Shown here: piece after piece, positions 23,213 to 33,046 of the stretch
How the letters are laid out: each line of letters starts with the position of its first letter
How positions within the stretch are numbered: position 1 is the stretch's first letter
Source: an uncultured Myxococcales bacterium
Lineage (GTDB): Bacteria > Myxococcota_A > UBA9042
Length of the DNA: 64,000 nucleotides
Assembly: GCA_903883645.1 (NCBI GenBank)
Contig: CAISBR010000168.1
Span: forward strand, 22,859 to 86,858
Direction: 5' to 3'
Program-made: the position numbers and the translations under genes
The notes under the pieces: model-generated
What the model was told of the DNA's origin: nothing
The model's input: only the letters and a program-made list of their open reading frames with translations
Database searches by the model: none

Positions 23213-24757
23213 ATGACCCAGCCCCCTTCTCCGCCGTTTGACTCTACCACGCCGGCTGCGGGGGCCTTGGCGAGTGGTTCCGCCGCCGAGAATCAGCGGT
23301 TGCGGGCCGTATTTGAGATTGCCAAAGCGCTGACCGCGGAGCGCGACTTGACGCGGTTACTCAATCTGATTGTGTCCGCGGCCGCGCGGGTGGTCGACGC
23401 TGACCGCGGCACACTGTTCCTGCTCGACTCCGATACCGGCGAACTTTGGTCAAAAGTTGCGCAGGGGCTGGGTGGCGAGATTCGCGTACCGCGCGGCTCG
23501 GGCATTGTGGGGGCGGCGGCGGCAACGGGTGAAGTGCTCAACCTGCGCGATGCGTATGCGGATTTGCGCTTTAACCACGAGATCGATCGCAGCACGGGCT
23601 ACCACACCCGCAACTTGCTCGCCGTGCCGATGCGCAACACCCAGGGCGACGTGGTGGGCGTGCTGCAGCTACTCAACAAGCGCCAGGGCGACTTTAGCGA
23701 TGCCGACGCGGATCTGCTCGGAGCCTTGGGTGGGCAGGCGGCGGCGGCCATCGAAAGTGCGCTGCTGCACGAAGAGATTACCAAGCTATTCGAGGGGTTT
23801 GTTAAGGCATCGGTGGTCGCGATCGAGTCGCGCGATCCCAGCACGGCGGGTCACTCCGAGCGCGTTGCCTTGCTGTCGCTTGGCCTTGCCGATGCGGTAG
23901 AGCGCTACGGCACGCCGTCGTGGACCGGGGTCACGTTCTTGCCAAGCCAGCGCATGGAGTTGCGCTACGCCGCACTTCTGCATGATTTTGGCAAGGTTGG
24001 CGTGCGCGAGGCGGTCCTGGTCAAGGCCGAGAAGCTGTACCCGCAGCAACTTGAGGTTCTGCGCTTGCGGCTAGAATTCGCCAAGAAGAATCTAGAGGTC
24101 GGCATGCTGCGCGAGTCCATGCGGCGTGTGCAGTGTGGTGACCCCCGCGGCACGGACCAACTGCAGACGGATTTTGGCTTGCGCTGCGCCGAGATCGACC
24201 ATCTGTGGCGAGTTGTGCAGACCTGCAACATGCCGACTGTGCTTCACGAAGAAACGGCGCAGCAGCTGAACGATCTCGCTAGTTTGCAATACGTCGACTC
24301 GCACGGAGCCACCCAGCCTCTTTTGGACCCCGCCGAGATCGCGCTGCTGTCGATTTCGCGCGGCACGCTGTCGACTAGTGAACGTTTCGAGATTGAGAGC
24401 CACGTTAGTCATACATTTCGCTTTCTTTCGCAGATTCCGTGGTCGCGCGCTCTGCGTCGGGTGCCCGAGATCGCCCATCGCCACCACGAAAAGCTCAACG
24501 GCTCTGGGTACCCGCTGGCTCTCGGTGGCGACCGGCTGGGTATCGAGCCGCGCATCATGGCGATCGCCGACATCTATGATGCGTTGACGGCCGCCGATCG
24601 GCCCTATAAACGGGCAGTTCCGCATGATCAGGCCTTGAGCATCTTGACCGCAGAGGCTCGCAGTGGGGCGCTCGACCACGAGCTGGTGGCGCTGTTTTGC
24701 GAGGCAGATGTGGTCCAACGGACCCTAGCCACGGCCACGGCCGCCCCCTTCGCCTAG
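23213..24757 (+). CDS. GAF-domain / HD-GYP-domain protein (probable c-di-GMP phosphodiesterase)
   Basis: An N-terminal GAF domain (..VVDADRGTLFLLDSDTGELWSKVAQG..) is followed by an HD-GYP domain with HD..HDFGKVGV.. and ..HHEKLNGSGYPLAL.. The ATG carries an AGGAA SD. Confidence 0.85.
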   Translation: MTQPPSPPFDSTTPAAGALASGSAAENQRLRAVFEIAKALTAERDLTRLLNLIVSAAARVVDADRGTLFLLDSDTGELWSKVAQGLGGEIRVPRGSGIVGAAAATGEVLNLRDAYADLRFNHEIDRSTGYHTRNLLAVPMRNTQGDVVGVLQLLNKRQGDFSDADADLLGALGGQAAAAIESALLHEEITKLFEGFVKASVVAIESRDPSTAGHSERVALLSLGLADAVERYGTPSWTGVTFLPSQRMELRYAALLHDFGKVGVREAVLVKAEKLYPQQLEVLRLRLEFAKKNLEVGMLRESMRRVQCGDPRGTDQLQTDFGLRCAEIDHLWRVVQTCNMPTVLHEETAQQLNDLASLQYVDSHGATQPLLDPAEIALLSISRGTLSTSERFEIESHVSHTFRFLSQIPWSRALRRVPEIAHRHHEKLNGSGYPLALGGDRLGIEPRIMAIADIYDALTAADRPYKRAVPHDQALSILTAEARSGALDHELVALFCEADVVQRTLATATAAPFA

Positions 24758-24848
24758 TACGCCAGCGACTGTGCAATCTGGACTTGCTGGCGCCCGCAAA
24801 TTTCGCTAGTTTGGTAGAGTTGACCCGGCCTTTTGGCCTGGAGGCTCC

Positions 24849-26711
24849 ATGCCCCCCGAACGCCCCCTCATCGACGCCGAGCCAACCCGCAACCATGCAA
24901 ATGGGCTATCTGTTTTGCCATGGCTGGCCTGCGCGCTCATCGTGGCGACTGCGGGCTGTGCCGCGCAATCGTCTGGAACTGGCTGGACCCCTGGCGGCTA
25001 CACTCTGCCGGGCACGCTGGCCGATAGCGCCGGAACCAATGCCTCGGGCAACGACGCCGCCAGCAGCACCGATGCAGCCGCAGCCACCGATAGCGCAGCA
25101 GACGCCGTATCGGTCGACCAAGTAGCTGAAATTGTAGATGACTCGCCCGATCTGGATGGCGATGGCTATACCGTCAACGCGGGCGACTGCGACGACTTCA
25201 ACACCTTGGTGCACCCGAAAGCAGCCGAGATCTGCAACGACCTCGACGACAACTGCAACGGCATCGTCGACGACTTAGACATCGACGGCGACGGCTTTTC
25301 GCAGTGCCCAGGCGCGGCACAGGATTGCGACGACACCGACCCAGCCATTCACCCCGGCGCCGTGGTGGGGTGCGAACCGGGCAAAGACGGCAACTGCGAC
25401 GGTTTGCCCGACATGGACGAGGACTTCGACTTTGACGGCTTCCCCATGTGCAACGACTGCGACGACAAAAATCCCAACGTTTTCCCTGGGGCTGCACCCG
25501 ACTGCACCGGCAAGATCAAAGATGCGAACTGCGACGGCGCGCTCGACATCGGCGCCGACAGCGACAAGGACGGCTTCTCGACGTGCAACGACTGCGATGA
25601 CACGGACGCGGCCGTGCACCTGTACGCGCTCGAAAGCTGCAACGGCAAAGACGACGACTGCAACGGCGTGGTCGACGACCTCGACTTTGATGGCGATGGC
25701 TACCCGTCGTGCAAAATCCCCGACTTTAAACAGGATTGCAACGACAAGGACTTGACTATCAACCCGGGCGCGCTGCGAAACTGCAAGAATGGCAAAGACA
25801 ACGACTGCGACGGAACCATCGACGCGAACGAAGACGGCGACGGCGACGGTGCGGTTGGTTGCCAAGACTGCAACGATTACAACGCATCAATTAGCCCGAA
25901 GGCGCTCGAAATCCTGGGCGACAACATCGACAACGACTGCGACGGCAAGACCGACGAGAAGGGCGGCGACTGCGATGTCGTGGGCATGAGCACTGCGGAT
26001 GCAGCCAACTATGCCAAATCCATCGACTTATGCGCAGGAGTCTTGTCGGCTAGCTTTCCGGTGCTGGCCAGCCCGAGCGCGCACAACATTATTAGCGTGT
26101 ATGGCCCCAACAACGTGCCCAAGGGCGGCAACAGCTTCATCGCGCTGTCGTCGGGCGTAGCGGCAGCGCCCACCAACACGCAATCGGGCACGTCGTTTAG
26201 CAATTCGCAGTCGCCTCCGGCCATGGCGTGCGAGACCCAGTCCACGGTCTACGACTACACCGAACTGAAGCTGAGCTTGCAAGTGCCAGCAAATGCTCAG
26301 GGATTTGCCTTCGACTTTAATTTCATGTCGGCTGAGTACCCCGAATACGTGGGCACCACCTTCAACGACAAGTTCTTTGCGATGCTCGATTCCAAAAAGT
26401 TCAAAGGTAACATTAGTTTCGACAGCAAGGGTAACTGCATCTCGATCAACAACGCGCTGTTCAACGAGTGCCAGGGCTGCTCGCTCGGTGCAGCAGGCCT
26501 GACCGGCACCGGCTACGAAAATGGTACCGGCGGCGGCACGGGCTGGCTCACCACCACCGCACCGGTGGCGCCCGGCGAGACAATCAGCTTGCGTTTCATC
26601 ATCTTCGACGAAGGCGACCACATCTACGACTCGGCCGTACTGATCGACAACTTCCGCTGGCTCTCGGGCTCGACCTCGTCGACGCCGTCGACCATTCGCC
26701 CCGGCAGCTAG
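24849..26711 (+). CDS. Lipoprotein with tandem MopE-like putative metal-binding repeats and a C-terminal globular domain
   Basis: The lipobox is ..IVATAGC. There are more than 8 repeats of DxDGDGY/F..xGDCDDxNxxxxPGAxExCNxxDDxCNGxxDD. A GGAGG SD is present. The 3' end overlaps kce tail-to-tail by 4 nt. Confidence 0.8.
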   Translation: MPPERPLIDAEPTRNHANGLSVLPWLACALIVATAGCAAQSSGTGWTPGGYTLPGTLADSAGTNASGNDAASSTDAAAATDSAADAVSVDQVAEIVDDSPDLDGDGYTVNAGDCDDFNTLVHPKAAEICNDLDDNCNGIVDDLDIDGDGFSQCPGAAQDCDDTDPAIHPGAVVGCEPGKDGNCDGLPDMDEDFDFDGFPMCNDCDDKNPNVFPGAAPDCTGKIKDANCDGALDIGADSDKDGFSTCNDCDDTDAAVHLYALESCNGKDDDCNGVVDDLDFDGDGYPSCKIPDFKQDCNDKDLTINPGALRNCKNGKDNDCDGTIDANEDGDGDGAVGCQDCNDYNASISPKALEILGDNIDNDCDGKTDEKGGDCDVVGMSTADAANYAKSIDLCAGVLSASFPVLASPSAHNIISVYGPNNVPKGGNSFIALSSGVAAAPTNTQSGTSFSNSQSPPAMACETQSTVYDYTELKLSLQVPANAQGFAFDFNFMSAEYPEYVGTTFNDKFFAMLDSKKFKGNISFDSKGNCISINNALFNECQGCSLGAAGLTGTGYENGTGGGTGWLTTTAPVAPGETISLRFIIFDEGDHIYDSAVLIDNFRWLSGSTSSTPSTIRPGS

Positions 26712-27520
26712 TTAATCCGCAATAGTTCGCGGGCTTGCGTGGTGGTGGCCAAGGGCCGACCGGCGGCTTTTGCCATGGTTGCCACCGCCTGCACCAGCTC
26801 GCACGAACCCTTCGCCAGCACACCTTTGCTAATAAACACATTGTCTTCAAGGCCGACGCGCACGTGGCCGCCTTGGCGAATCGCGTGGTCGGCCAGCGGC
26901 AGCTCAAAGCGGCCTATGCCCGCGACGCACCAAGTGCAGTCTGTAGGCAGCAAAGAACGCATAAAATCAAGGTGATGCGCGGTGCCGCCCATGCCGCCGG
27001 GCATGCCCAGCACAAAGTCGAAGTGGGCCGGTAGCTCGAGCAAACCATCTTTGGCGAGCCGCAGCGCCGTATCGACCATGCCCGAGTCGAAGCACTCGAT
27101 CTCGGGGCGCACGTTGAACTCTTTGAGACGGCAAGCAATTTGCCGAATCAGCGGAATCGGATTGGCAAAGATCTCGTCGCCGAAATTGACGCTGCCGGTC
27201 GACAAGGTGGCCATGTCGGGGCGCAGGCGCACGGCATCGGCGCGCTCGTCGACGCCCATGCCCACCGCGCCGCCCGTCGAAAACTGCACGAGCAGGTCGC
27301 AACGACCGCGAATTCCTTGCAAAACCTGGCCGAATAGCTCGGCACTTTGGCTGGGCGTACCGTCGGGCTGCCGCACATGCACATGCACCATCGTCGCGCC
27401 CGCCTGGTAGCAACGCAGCGACTCTTCGACCAATTCCGCCGGCGTATACGGCACATGGGGGGTCTGCGCGCGCGTGACTTCGGCGCCGCAGATGGCTGCA
27501 GTGATCATCAAGGGTTGCAT
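26708..27520 (-). CDS. kce: 3-keto-5-aminohexanoate cleavage enzyme family (BKACE/DUF849), very Kce-like
   Basis: It resembles Kce across the full length (MQPLMITAAICGAEVTRAQTPHVPYTPAEL..VHVHVRQPDG..QFSTGGAVG..GLEDNVFISKGVLAKGS..GRPLATTTQARELL). An AAGGA SD precedes the ATG. Confidence 0.85.
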   Translation of the reverse strand: MQPLMITAAICGAEVTRAQTPHVPYTPAELVEESLRCYQAGATMVHVHVRQPDGTPSQSAELFGQVLQGIRGRCDLLVQFSTGGAVGMGVDERADAVRLRPDMATLSTGSVNFGDEIFANPIPLIRQIACRLKEFNVRPEIECFDSGMVDTALRLAKDGLLELPAHFDFVLGMPGGMGGTAHHLDFMRSLLPTDCTWCVAGIGRFELPLADHAIRQGGHVRVGLEDNVFISKGVLAKGSCELVQAVATMAKAAGRPLATTTQARELLRIN

Positions 27521-27535
27521 GGTATTCCTTTCGCT

Positions 27536-27925
27536 CTAGACGCCGCGGCCACGTTGGCGATCGCTGGGCACGACGCAGGTGCCGGTGGCGCGGCAGACGA
27601 CCACGGGCGTCTCGAGCAAGTCGGCGGCCGAGTCGTTCACATCGGCGCGCGGTGCAATGACTTTGCGGGCTTCAAAGTGCATTCGCCGGCTGGTGCGCCC
27701 CGTCGAGACGATCTCACCCTCGGCCTCGATGAAGTCGCCGGCGTGCACAGGGGCCAAGAATTCTACACTGTCGTAGGCACGAAACAGCCCTTCGTCGCCA
27801 TCGTGGCGAATGAGCAGCTCGGTGGCTACGTCGCCAAACAGACCGAGCATACGGGCTCCGTCGACCAAACCGCCGCCATAATGCGCATCGTGGGCCGAGA
27901 GACGCAGTCGAATCATCGCTTTCAT
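27536..27925 (-). CDS. Hot-dog fold protein, probable 3-aminobutyryl-CoA ammonia-lyase (Kal)-like
   Basis: The 129 aa product, [39 protein letters not shown].., has a GGAGG SD and lies 16 nt upstream of kce in the same orientation. The Kal assignment is from memory of the family and gene context. Confidence 0.6.
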   Translation of the reverse strand: MKAMIRLRLSAHDAHYGGGLVDGARMLGLFGDVATELLIRHDGDEGLFRAYDSVEFLAPVHAGDFIEAEGEIVSTGRTSRRMHFEARKVIAPRADVNDSAADLLETPVVVCRATGTCVVPSDRQRGRGV

Positions 27926-28017
27926 GGTACACCTCCGAATGTGGCGACTTACTACGTTGCCGCGCGCGGAGCAACTCCCCGGGGCAACTTCTCTGGGCTG
28001 GGCAGGCAGGGCAAGCA

Positions 28018-28674
28018 ATGCAGCAGGCGAACGATGAGCAGGGGCAGTGGGCGTGGTTGCTGGTGGGGGCGACGGCGCTTGCGCCCAGCGAAGTCAGTCA
28101 ACTCGTCGAAGATGATTTAGATTTCTTGGATGCTGGTCCAGCGGAGCCGCCCGTTCAGGTGCCACTGCGGCGTGCAGAAAGCGAGCGTTGGCACGGGGCG
28201 CGCGCGCTAGCCCACGGCCTGCTGGCCGACGAATTGGGCTCGCAAGTGCTTTCGCAGCAAGCGGACCCGCGTCTGGCCGACCTCGACGAGGCTGCGGCTT
28301 GGTGGCTGCTGCGGGCTTTGGCCGATCGGCCGGGCGTTGTACTCGCCGAGCGGGGCGAGCTGGCGCGCTTGACCCAGCGAGCCTTGCTCAGCCACGAAAT
28401 CGATGTAGTGACCCAGGCTTGTCGGGTTGTCCTCCAGGCGCCGCTGCCGCACTTGCAGCCGGAGCTCGTCACGGCGCTGCAGCACTTGATCGCCGCCATG
28501 GCGCCGGCAGAGGCGATCGACGTTGCGTTGCAAGCCCTTGAGCTTGTGGGCGACGGGCGTTGCGTGCGGCCCATGGAGGCGCTGCTGGCGGACCGGCCCA
28601 CGGGGTGGAGCGACCATCAGGCATGGCGCGCGCGGCACATCGTGCAGGTGATTCGCCGCGGTGGGCGTCGCTAG
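28018..28674 (+). CDS. Hypothetical acidic cytoplasmic protein (possibly alpha-helical/HEAT-like)
   Basis: High GC3 and an ATG start. The stop is immediately followed by the next gene's ATG (TAGATG). No recognisable motif. Confidence 0.55.
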   Translation: MQQANDEQGQWAWLLVGATALAPSEVSQLVEDDLDFLDAGPAEPPVQVPLRRAESERWHGARALAHGLLADELGSQVLSQQADPRLADLDEAAAWWLLRALADRPGVVLAERGELARLTQRALLSHEIDVVTQACRVVLQAPLPHLQPELVTALQHLIAAMAPAEAIDVALQALELVGDGRCVRPMEALLADRPTGWSDHQAWRARHIVQVIRRGGRR

Positions 28675-29667
28675 ATGCTGTCTATTGTTGCGGGGTTGCT
28701 TGGTCTTTTGGCCACGGTAGCGCTGCCTGAGCCGCCCACAGCTGTGGCACTGCCGGCCGAGTCGACTCTGCTGGCCGACCCCAACGCAACAGGTGGGGTG
28801 GCGCGGGCTGTGCGCTCGCCGCTGGGGGTGACGCTGACCTTGCAGCTGGTGCACGGGCCGTTTCCATGCGCAGGCAAGCCGTGGACGGATGCGACGACAT
28901 TACTGTTTGTGCCCAAGGACTTTGACCCCAAGCGGCCCATCGGTCTGCTGGTGCACTTCCACGGCCACGACGGGCGGGCGGTGCGCAAACTAGATGATCA
29001 TCAACTGCGCGAACAGGTGCTGGAGTCGGGGCGCAATGTGCTTTTGGCGGTGCCGCAGGGCCCGGTCGATGCGCCGGACTCGGCGGGCGGCAAGCTCGAG
29101 GAGCCGCAAGGTTTTGCACGATTCTCGCACGAGTTGCTCACTATCCTGCGCAGCAAGAAGGTTCGAAGTCTGCTTGGCAAACAAGCGCTTGGGCCCCATC
29201 AGAGCTGGCAGCGGCTGGCGGTGTCGGCGCACTCGGGCGGCTATCGGGTGGCGGCGCGGGTGCTCACGGTTGGTGGCGTGCCGGTCGACGATGCCTATCT
29301 TTTTGACGCGTTGTACGGCGATGTGCCGCTGTATCGCACCTGGGCGGGGCAGCCCGGCAAGCGCCTGTGGTCGTGGTACACCCGCGGTGCGCCCGAAAAA
29401 CTGAACAAGATTCTACTGATGCGCCTGCGCGAAGATGGCGCGGTGCCGCTGGGCGAAGAGCCGGAAGGCAGCTTGAACTATCACAGATTCTGCAAGGCGC
29501 AGCTGCTGTTTGTGCACACCGAGCTGCATCACGGCAAGGTGCCGCTTGGCCACGATGCACTGCGGGACGCGCTGGTTTGTTCGCACTTTGCGACGGTCAA
29601 GCACGCGCCGCAGCTGCCGCCCCAGCCCAAGAAGGGGCCACGCAACCTGCCAGAACGACTACAGTAG
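28675..29667 (+). CDS. Secreted alpha/beta-hydrolase-like protein (putative esterase)
   Basis: A signal peptide (MLSIVAGLLGLLATVALP) is followed by an HGHDG oxyanion-hole-like motif and a nucleophile elbow-like AHSGG. The gene is translationally coupled to 28018..28674. Confidence 0.6.
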   Translation: MLSIVAGLLGLLATVALPEPPTAVALPAESTLLADPNATGGVARAVRSPLGVTLTLQLVHGPFPCAGKPWTDATTLLFVPKDFDPKRPIGLLVHFHGHDGRAVRKLDDHQLREQVLESGRNVLLAVPQGPVDAPDSAGGKLEEPQGFARFSHELLTILRSKKVRSLLGKQALGPHQSWQRLAVSAHSGGYRVAARVLTVGGVPVDDAYLFDALYGDVPLYRTWAGQPGKRLWSWYTRGAPEKLNKILLMRLREDGAVPLGEEPEGSLNYHRFCKAQLLFVHTELHHGKVPLGHDALRDALVCSHFATVKHAPQLPPQPKKGPRNLPERLQ

Positions 29668-30924
29668 CGCGCGAAATCGCCAGGCCAGCCGGCCCAGCAG
29701 GCGCAGCCAGAGCGGCCGTTTGCGGGCCTGGTCCTCGTCCCACGGCTGGGCCTGAGCGAACCAGTTGCGCGCCAGGGTTGCCAGCGTGTGACCAGGCTCG
29801 CGACCATGCCCCACCAAGTTCGCTTCTAGATTACGTTTTCGCGACAGCGGGTCCAGGTTGGCCGACCCCACTGTCCACCACACGTTGTCGATCACCGCGA
29901 ACTTGGCGTGCAGGTTTTGCACCGTATTGAGCCGGACTTGCACCCCCGCGCGCATCAGCCTGTCGAGGCCGTGCAGCGAAGCCAGCGACACGAGCTTGAC
30001 GTCAGTTGTGCGCAAATCGGGAAGAAGCACGCACACTTGCACACCCCTAGCGACCGCCTTGACCAGCGCCGTGGTCAGTTTGTGGTCCGGCAAGAAGTAG
30101 GCGTGCACCAGCCAGATCGTCGCCCGCGCCTGCCGCACCGCTTGCACATAATGCTCGGCAATCGGGTTACTGCGGGCCTTTCCTTGGCTAATGGCCGCAG
30201 CCAGCTTGGTGCCACCGCGATGCGGGCTGCGCAGCGGCGGGCTCGGCCAGGCGTGATTGGACACGGCCTGACTAGCGCGCTGGGCGGCGAGGAGGTCGGC
30301 GCTTGGTGCAACCCCATCCAGCCAGCGCAACCACCCGATACTAGTTCGCTTATGCCCTGCAGTGTGCCAGTCGTGGTTCAGCTGGCGCGCCAGCGTGATC
30401 ACCACCGGTCCGCGCACTTGGGCGCTCAGGTCGAGCCACGTCGTATCCGGTTCGCCAAGGGCAAGGTAATGGGCCCCCACATTGCGCCCGCCAACGATGG
30501 CACTGTCGTGGTCAAATAAGAATAACTTGCGATGGTTGCGCCGAATCCAGTGCTTCCATGGCACGCTCCACCGCAGCGGCTTGTACACGCGCACCGCCGC
30601 GCCGGCCGCCACAAGCTGGCCTAAGTGCTCAGAATCGCAGTCGCTACAGCCCAGCCCGTCGAGCAGCAGCCGCACTCGCACGCCCCGCTGCCGCGCCCGC
30701 ACCAGCGCCGCCACGACGCGCTGAGACACAGTATCTGCTTCAAGTATATACAGTTGCGCATCAATGGTGACCTGCGCCGCATCGATCGCTTGCAGCAGCG
30801 CCTCGCCGGCCTCGATGCCGGTGGTGTGCCAGACCAGCTTGTGCCCAGGCTTTAGCCCGCGCAGCCACGAACCGGCAAGGGGTGCCGGCCGCAGCCGCAT
30901 CTGGGTTCGAAGGTCCTGTGGCAT
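29659..30924 (-). CDS. Phospholipase D-family protein (ClsB-type cardiolipin synthase-like)
   Basis: It has two HKD motifs (HRKLFLFDHDSAIVGGRNVG and HAKFAVIDNVWWTVGSANLD) and starts at an ATG. Confidence 0.8.
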   Translation of the reverse strand: MPQDLRTQMRLRPAPLAGSWLRGLKPGHKLVWHTTGIEAGEALLQAIDAAQVTIDAQLYILEADTVSQRVVAALVRARQRGVRVRLLLDGLGCSDCDSEHLGQLVAAGAAVRVYKPLRWSVPWKHWIRRNHRKLFLFDHDSAIVGGRNVGAHYLALGEPDTTWLDLSAQVRGPVVITLARQLNHDWHTAGHKRTSIGWLRWLDGVAPSADLLAAQRASQAVSNHAWPSPPLRSPHRGGTKLAAAISQGKARSNPIAEHYVQAVRQARATIWLVHAYFLPDHKLTTALVKAVARGVQVCVLLPDLRTTDVKLVSLASLHGLDRLMRAGVQVRLNTVQNLHAKFAVIDNVWWTVGSANLDPLSRKRNLEANLVGHGREPGHTLATLARNWFAQAQPWDEDQARKRPLWLRLLGRLAWRFRALL

Positions 30925-30955
30925 GGCGGCAATTTAGCACGTCGCCGCGGGGGGA

Positions 30956-33046
30956 CTACGCCTTGTCGGGGGCCGCCACGCCTGGCTGTGCGATTTGGCC
31001 GCGCAGTGTGTTCGCCAGCAGGATCGACACGAGCCCATCGCTGCTCGAGCCCGCGCCGCCTTGCACCAAGATGTCTGGGGTGATCTTGGTGCCCGCCGCA
31101 GTCAGCAATTTGGTCACTTCTACCGCAGTCACGCCTTGCGCCGTCAGCGCCGCGACCTGCTTTTCGTACGCCTCGGCCTGCGCATTGCCCTTGGACTGAA
31201 TGACGGCCGCTTCGGCATCGCCTGTCTTGCGAATGCGCTCCGCCTCCGCTTCGGCCCGAGTCTTGACCGCCGCTGCCTCGCCTTTGGCGCGCTCTTGGGC
31301 CTGCGTTGCCTCGTTCTTGGCGATCTGAATACCCACCTCGGCCTTCTTCATCGCAACTTGTTGATCGGCCTCGGCCTTGGTCTGCTCTAGCGCAATGCGC
31401 TGCTGTTCGGCGGAGCGCTGGGCGTCGTACATCGCCTTCTTTTGCTCAGCCAGATTGCGCTCTTGCGTGGTGTGCATCAGTGCCTCGGGCAGCACAATGT
31501 TGCAGATCATCACCGACACGACCTCTACGCGGTACTGCGCCATGTCTTTGCGCACCACGGCCTCGGCCTCGCTCTGTTCAGCCGCGCGATTCTGCTGGTA
31601 ATTCAGCGCCGGAGCCTTGCTCACCTGCGCACGAAAAATGCCGTCGATCTGCGGGTGAATCACATTCTTTTCAAGCTCTTCGACCGAACCCAGCTTCTGC
31701 ACCAGGTACGGCGCGTGCTCGGGCAAGATGCGGTACTGCAGGCGAATCTCGACCTTCATGGCAAAGCCGTCGTTCGATACCACCTCGAACGGATTGAAAT
31801 CCTTGTTGTTCTGGTCAGCCGACCACTCGACCGAGCGCGTGGTGGTGGGGATCGGCACCACCTTGTACGACAGCGGATTCAGCGGATACACGCCCGGCCC
31901 GAGGACCTGCTGTTGAATCCCGCGATAACCCTGCGGAACTACATGGCGAGTCCGCACGCCGGAATCGACGCGCGACTCTTCGGGATCGGTCGCACCGCGC
32001 GACAACGGACCCTTGCCCGCCTCGTTGGCATCGTCAAGCCCAGCGGGATCCTTGCCAATATTTGAGATCAGCACGCCGACTTGCCCCTGCGGAATCACCG
32101 TCTGCGGCTTGCGCGTCACGATGAAAAGGTACGGGTTGACGTAGTACGTGCCGGGCCGCAGCACCGCCTCTTGCGGACCGCGCTTGCCACGATTGTCTAA
32201 GAATTGCTGGCCGTCTTGGAAGCTGAGGTGCAGCGCCATGTCGGGCGTCTCGGCCACCACATCGCCCGCGCCCATCGGTTCGCCGGCGCGCGCCTCGACG
32301 ATGCCTAGCTCGTTCTCGCCGATCTGCACTGCATCGCGGATCTCGACCTGGAACATCGCAGTGTTGATGTTGTAGGTACCGGGGCGCAAGAAGTCGATCT
32401 GCGGGCCTTTTTGGCCGCCGTTCTGCAAAAATACTTCGGCTTTCTGAAAGTTGTCGTGGCCACCCACGCGCCGCGCGATAATCTGGCCCTGGTCGAGCGT
32501 GGTGCCGTCGGCCGCCGTGACTACGCCGATATAGCCCTCTTCGATGCGCGTCTTCTCGATCTTTTCGACCTTGAAGATGTGCGGGTGAATCTTGTATGTG
32601 CCGTTGGTCAAAAAGCGCAGCTGGCGACCGCGGATGCCGCCATTCTGCAAAAATGCCACCGGACTCTGAAAGTTATCGTGCGTCTCGCCGGCCATGTCTT
32701 CGGCAAAAATGCGTCCGCTTGGCATTGAATCGCCGTCAGCGGCCGTAATGACGCCGAGTTCGTCGGGACCAATCGTGACAAAATCGACCTTATCGACCAC
32801 GCGCACGATTGGCCAGGGCACAAAGTGCAGGCCGGGCGCCTTAAAGTCGGCCTGGATGCCGATCTCGCTATTGGCGGCAAAGACCCGTCCTGTCGGCAAC
32901 TTAGAACCCACGAAGCGCCGCTCAGCGATGGCGATTTGCACTGGGCCAACGTTGACGACCCAGCGCGTAATCAACCAGATGGCGAACCACAGCGCCAACG
33001 CGACCGGTATCAAAATGTGCGACATCGACAACAATGTGTTGAGCAT
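30956..33046 (-). CDS. Flotillin-like SPFH/Band-7 protein (YqiK family)
   Basis: An N-terminal TM helix (ILIPVALALWFAIWLI) is followed by three repeats of ..ADG..FLQNGG.RG.Q...L.PGTY.. and an SPFH core. The C-terminus is a long coiled coil (..AEQKKAMYDAQRSAEQQRIALEQTKAEADQQ..). The first ATG is at 33046; the ORF-track TTG at 33124 is the alternative start. Confidence 0.8.
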   Translation of the reverse strand: MLNTLLSMSHILIPVALALWFAIWLITRWVVNVGPVQIAIAERRFVGSKLPTGRVFAANSEIGIQADFKAPGLHFVPWPIVRVVDKVDFVTIGPDELGVITAADGDSMPSGRIFAEDMAGETHDNFQSPVAFLQNGGIRGRQLRFLTNGTYKIHPHIFKVEKIEKTRIEEGYIGVVTAADGTTLDQGQIIARRVGGHDNFQKAEVFLQNGGQKGPQIDFLRPGTYNINTAMFQVEIRDAVQIGENELGIVEARAGEPMGAGDVVAETPDMALHLSFQDGQQFLDNRGKRGPQEAVLRPGTYYVNPYLFIVTRKPQTVIPQGQVGVLISNIGKDPAGLDDANEAGKGPLSRGATDPEESRVDSGVRTRHVVPQGYRGIQQQVLGPGVYPLNPLSYKVVPIPTTTRSVEWSADQNNKDFNPFEVVSNDGFAMKVEIRLQYRILPEHAPYLVQKLGSVEELEKNVIHPQIDGIFRAQVSKAPALNYQQNRAAEQSEAEAVVRKDMAQYRVEVVSVMICNIVLPEALMHTTQERNLAEQKKAMYDAQRSAEQQRIALEQTKAEADQQVAMKKAEVGIQIAKNEATQAQERAKGEAAAVKTRAEAEAERIRKTGDAEAAVIQSKGNAQAEAYEKQVAALTAQGVTAVEVTKLLTAAGTKITPDILVQGGAGSSSDGLVSILLANTLRGQIAQPGVAAPDKA

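Noticed and set aside
22252-23241. 329 aa plus-strand ORF (and 21253..22092, 279 aa) opposite the HEAT-repeat gene
   Set aside because: Arg/Gly/Gln-rich junk. The HEAT gene on the other strand has clear repeat structure and high GC3.
24092-24718. 208 aa minus-strand ORF inside the GAF/HD-GYP gene
   Set aside because: Antisense shadow with no motif. The plus strand carries GAF and HD-GYP signatures.
25275-25865. 196 aa minus-strand ORF of (V/A)(A/V)V repeats inside the MopE-repeat gene
   Set aside because: It is the antisense of GAC/GGC/TGC-rich repeat codons and forms an artificial Val/Ala repeat protein.
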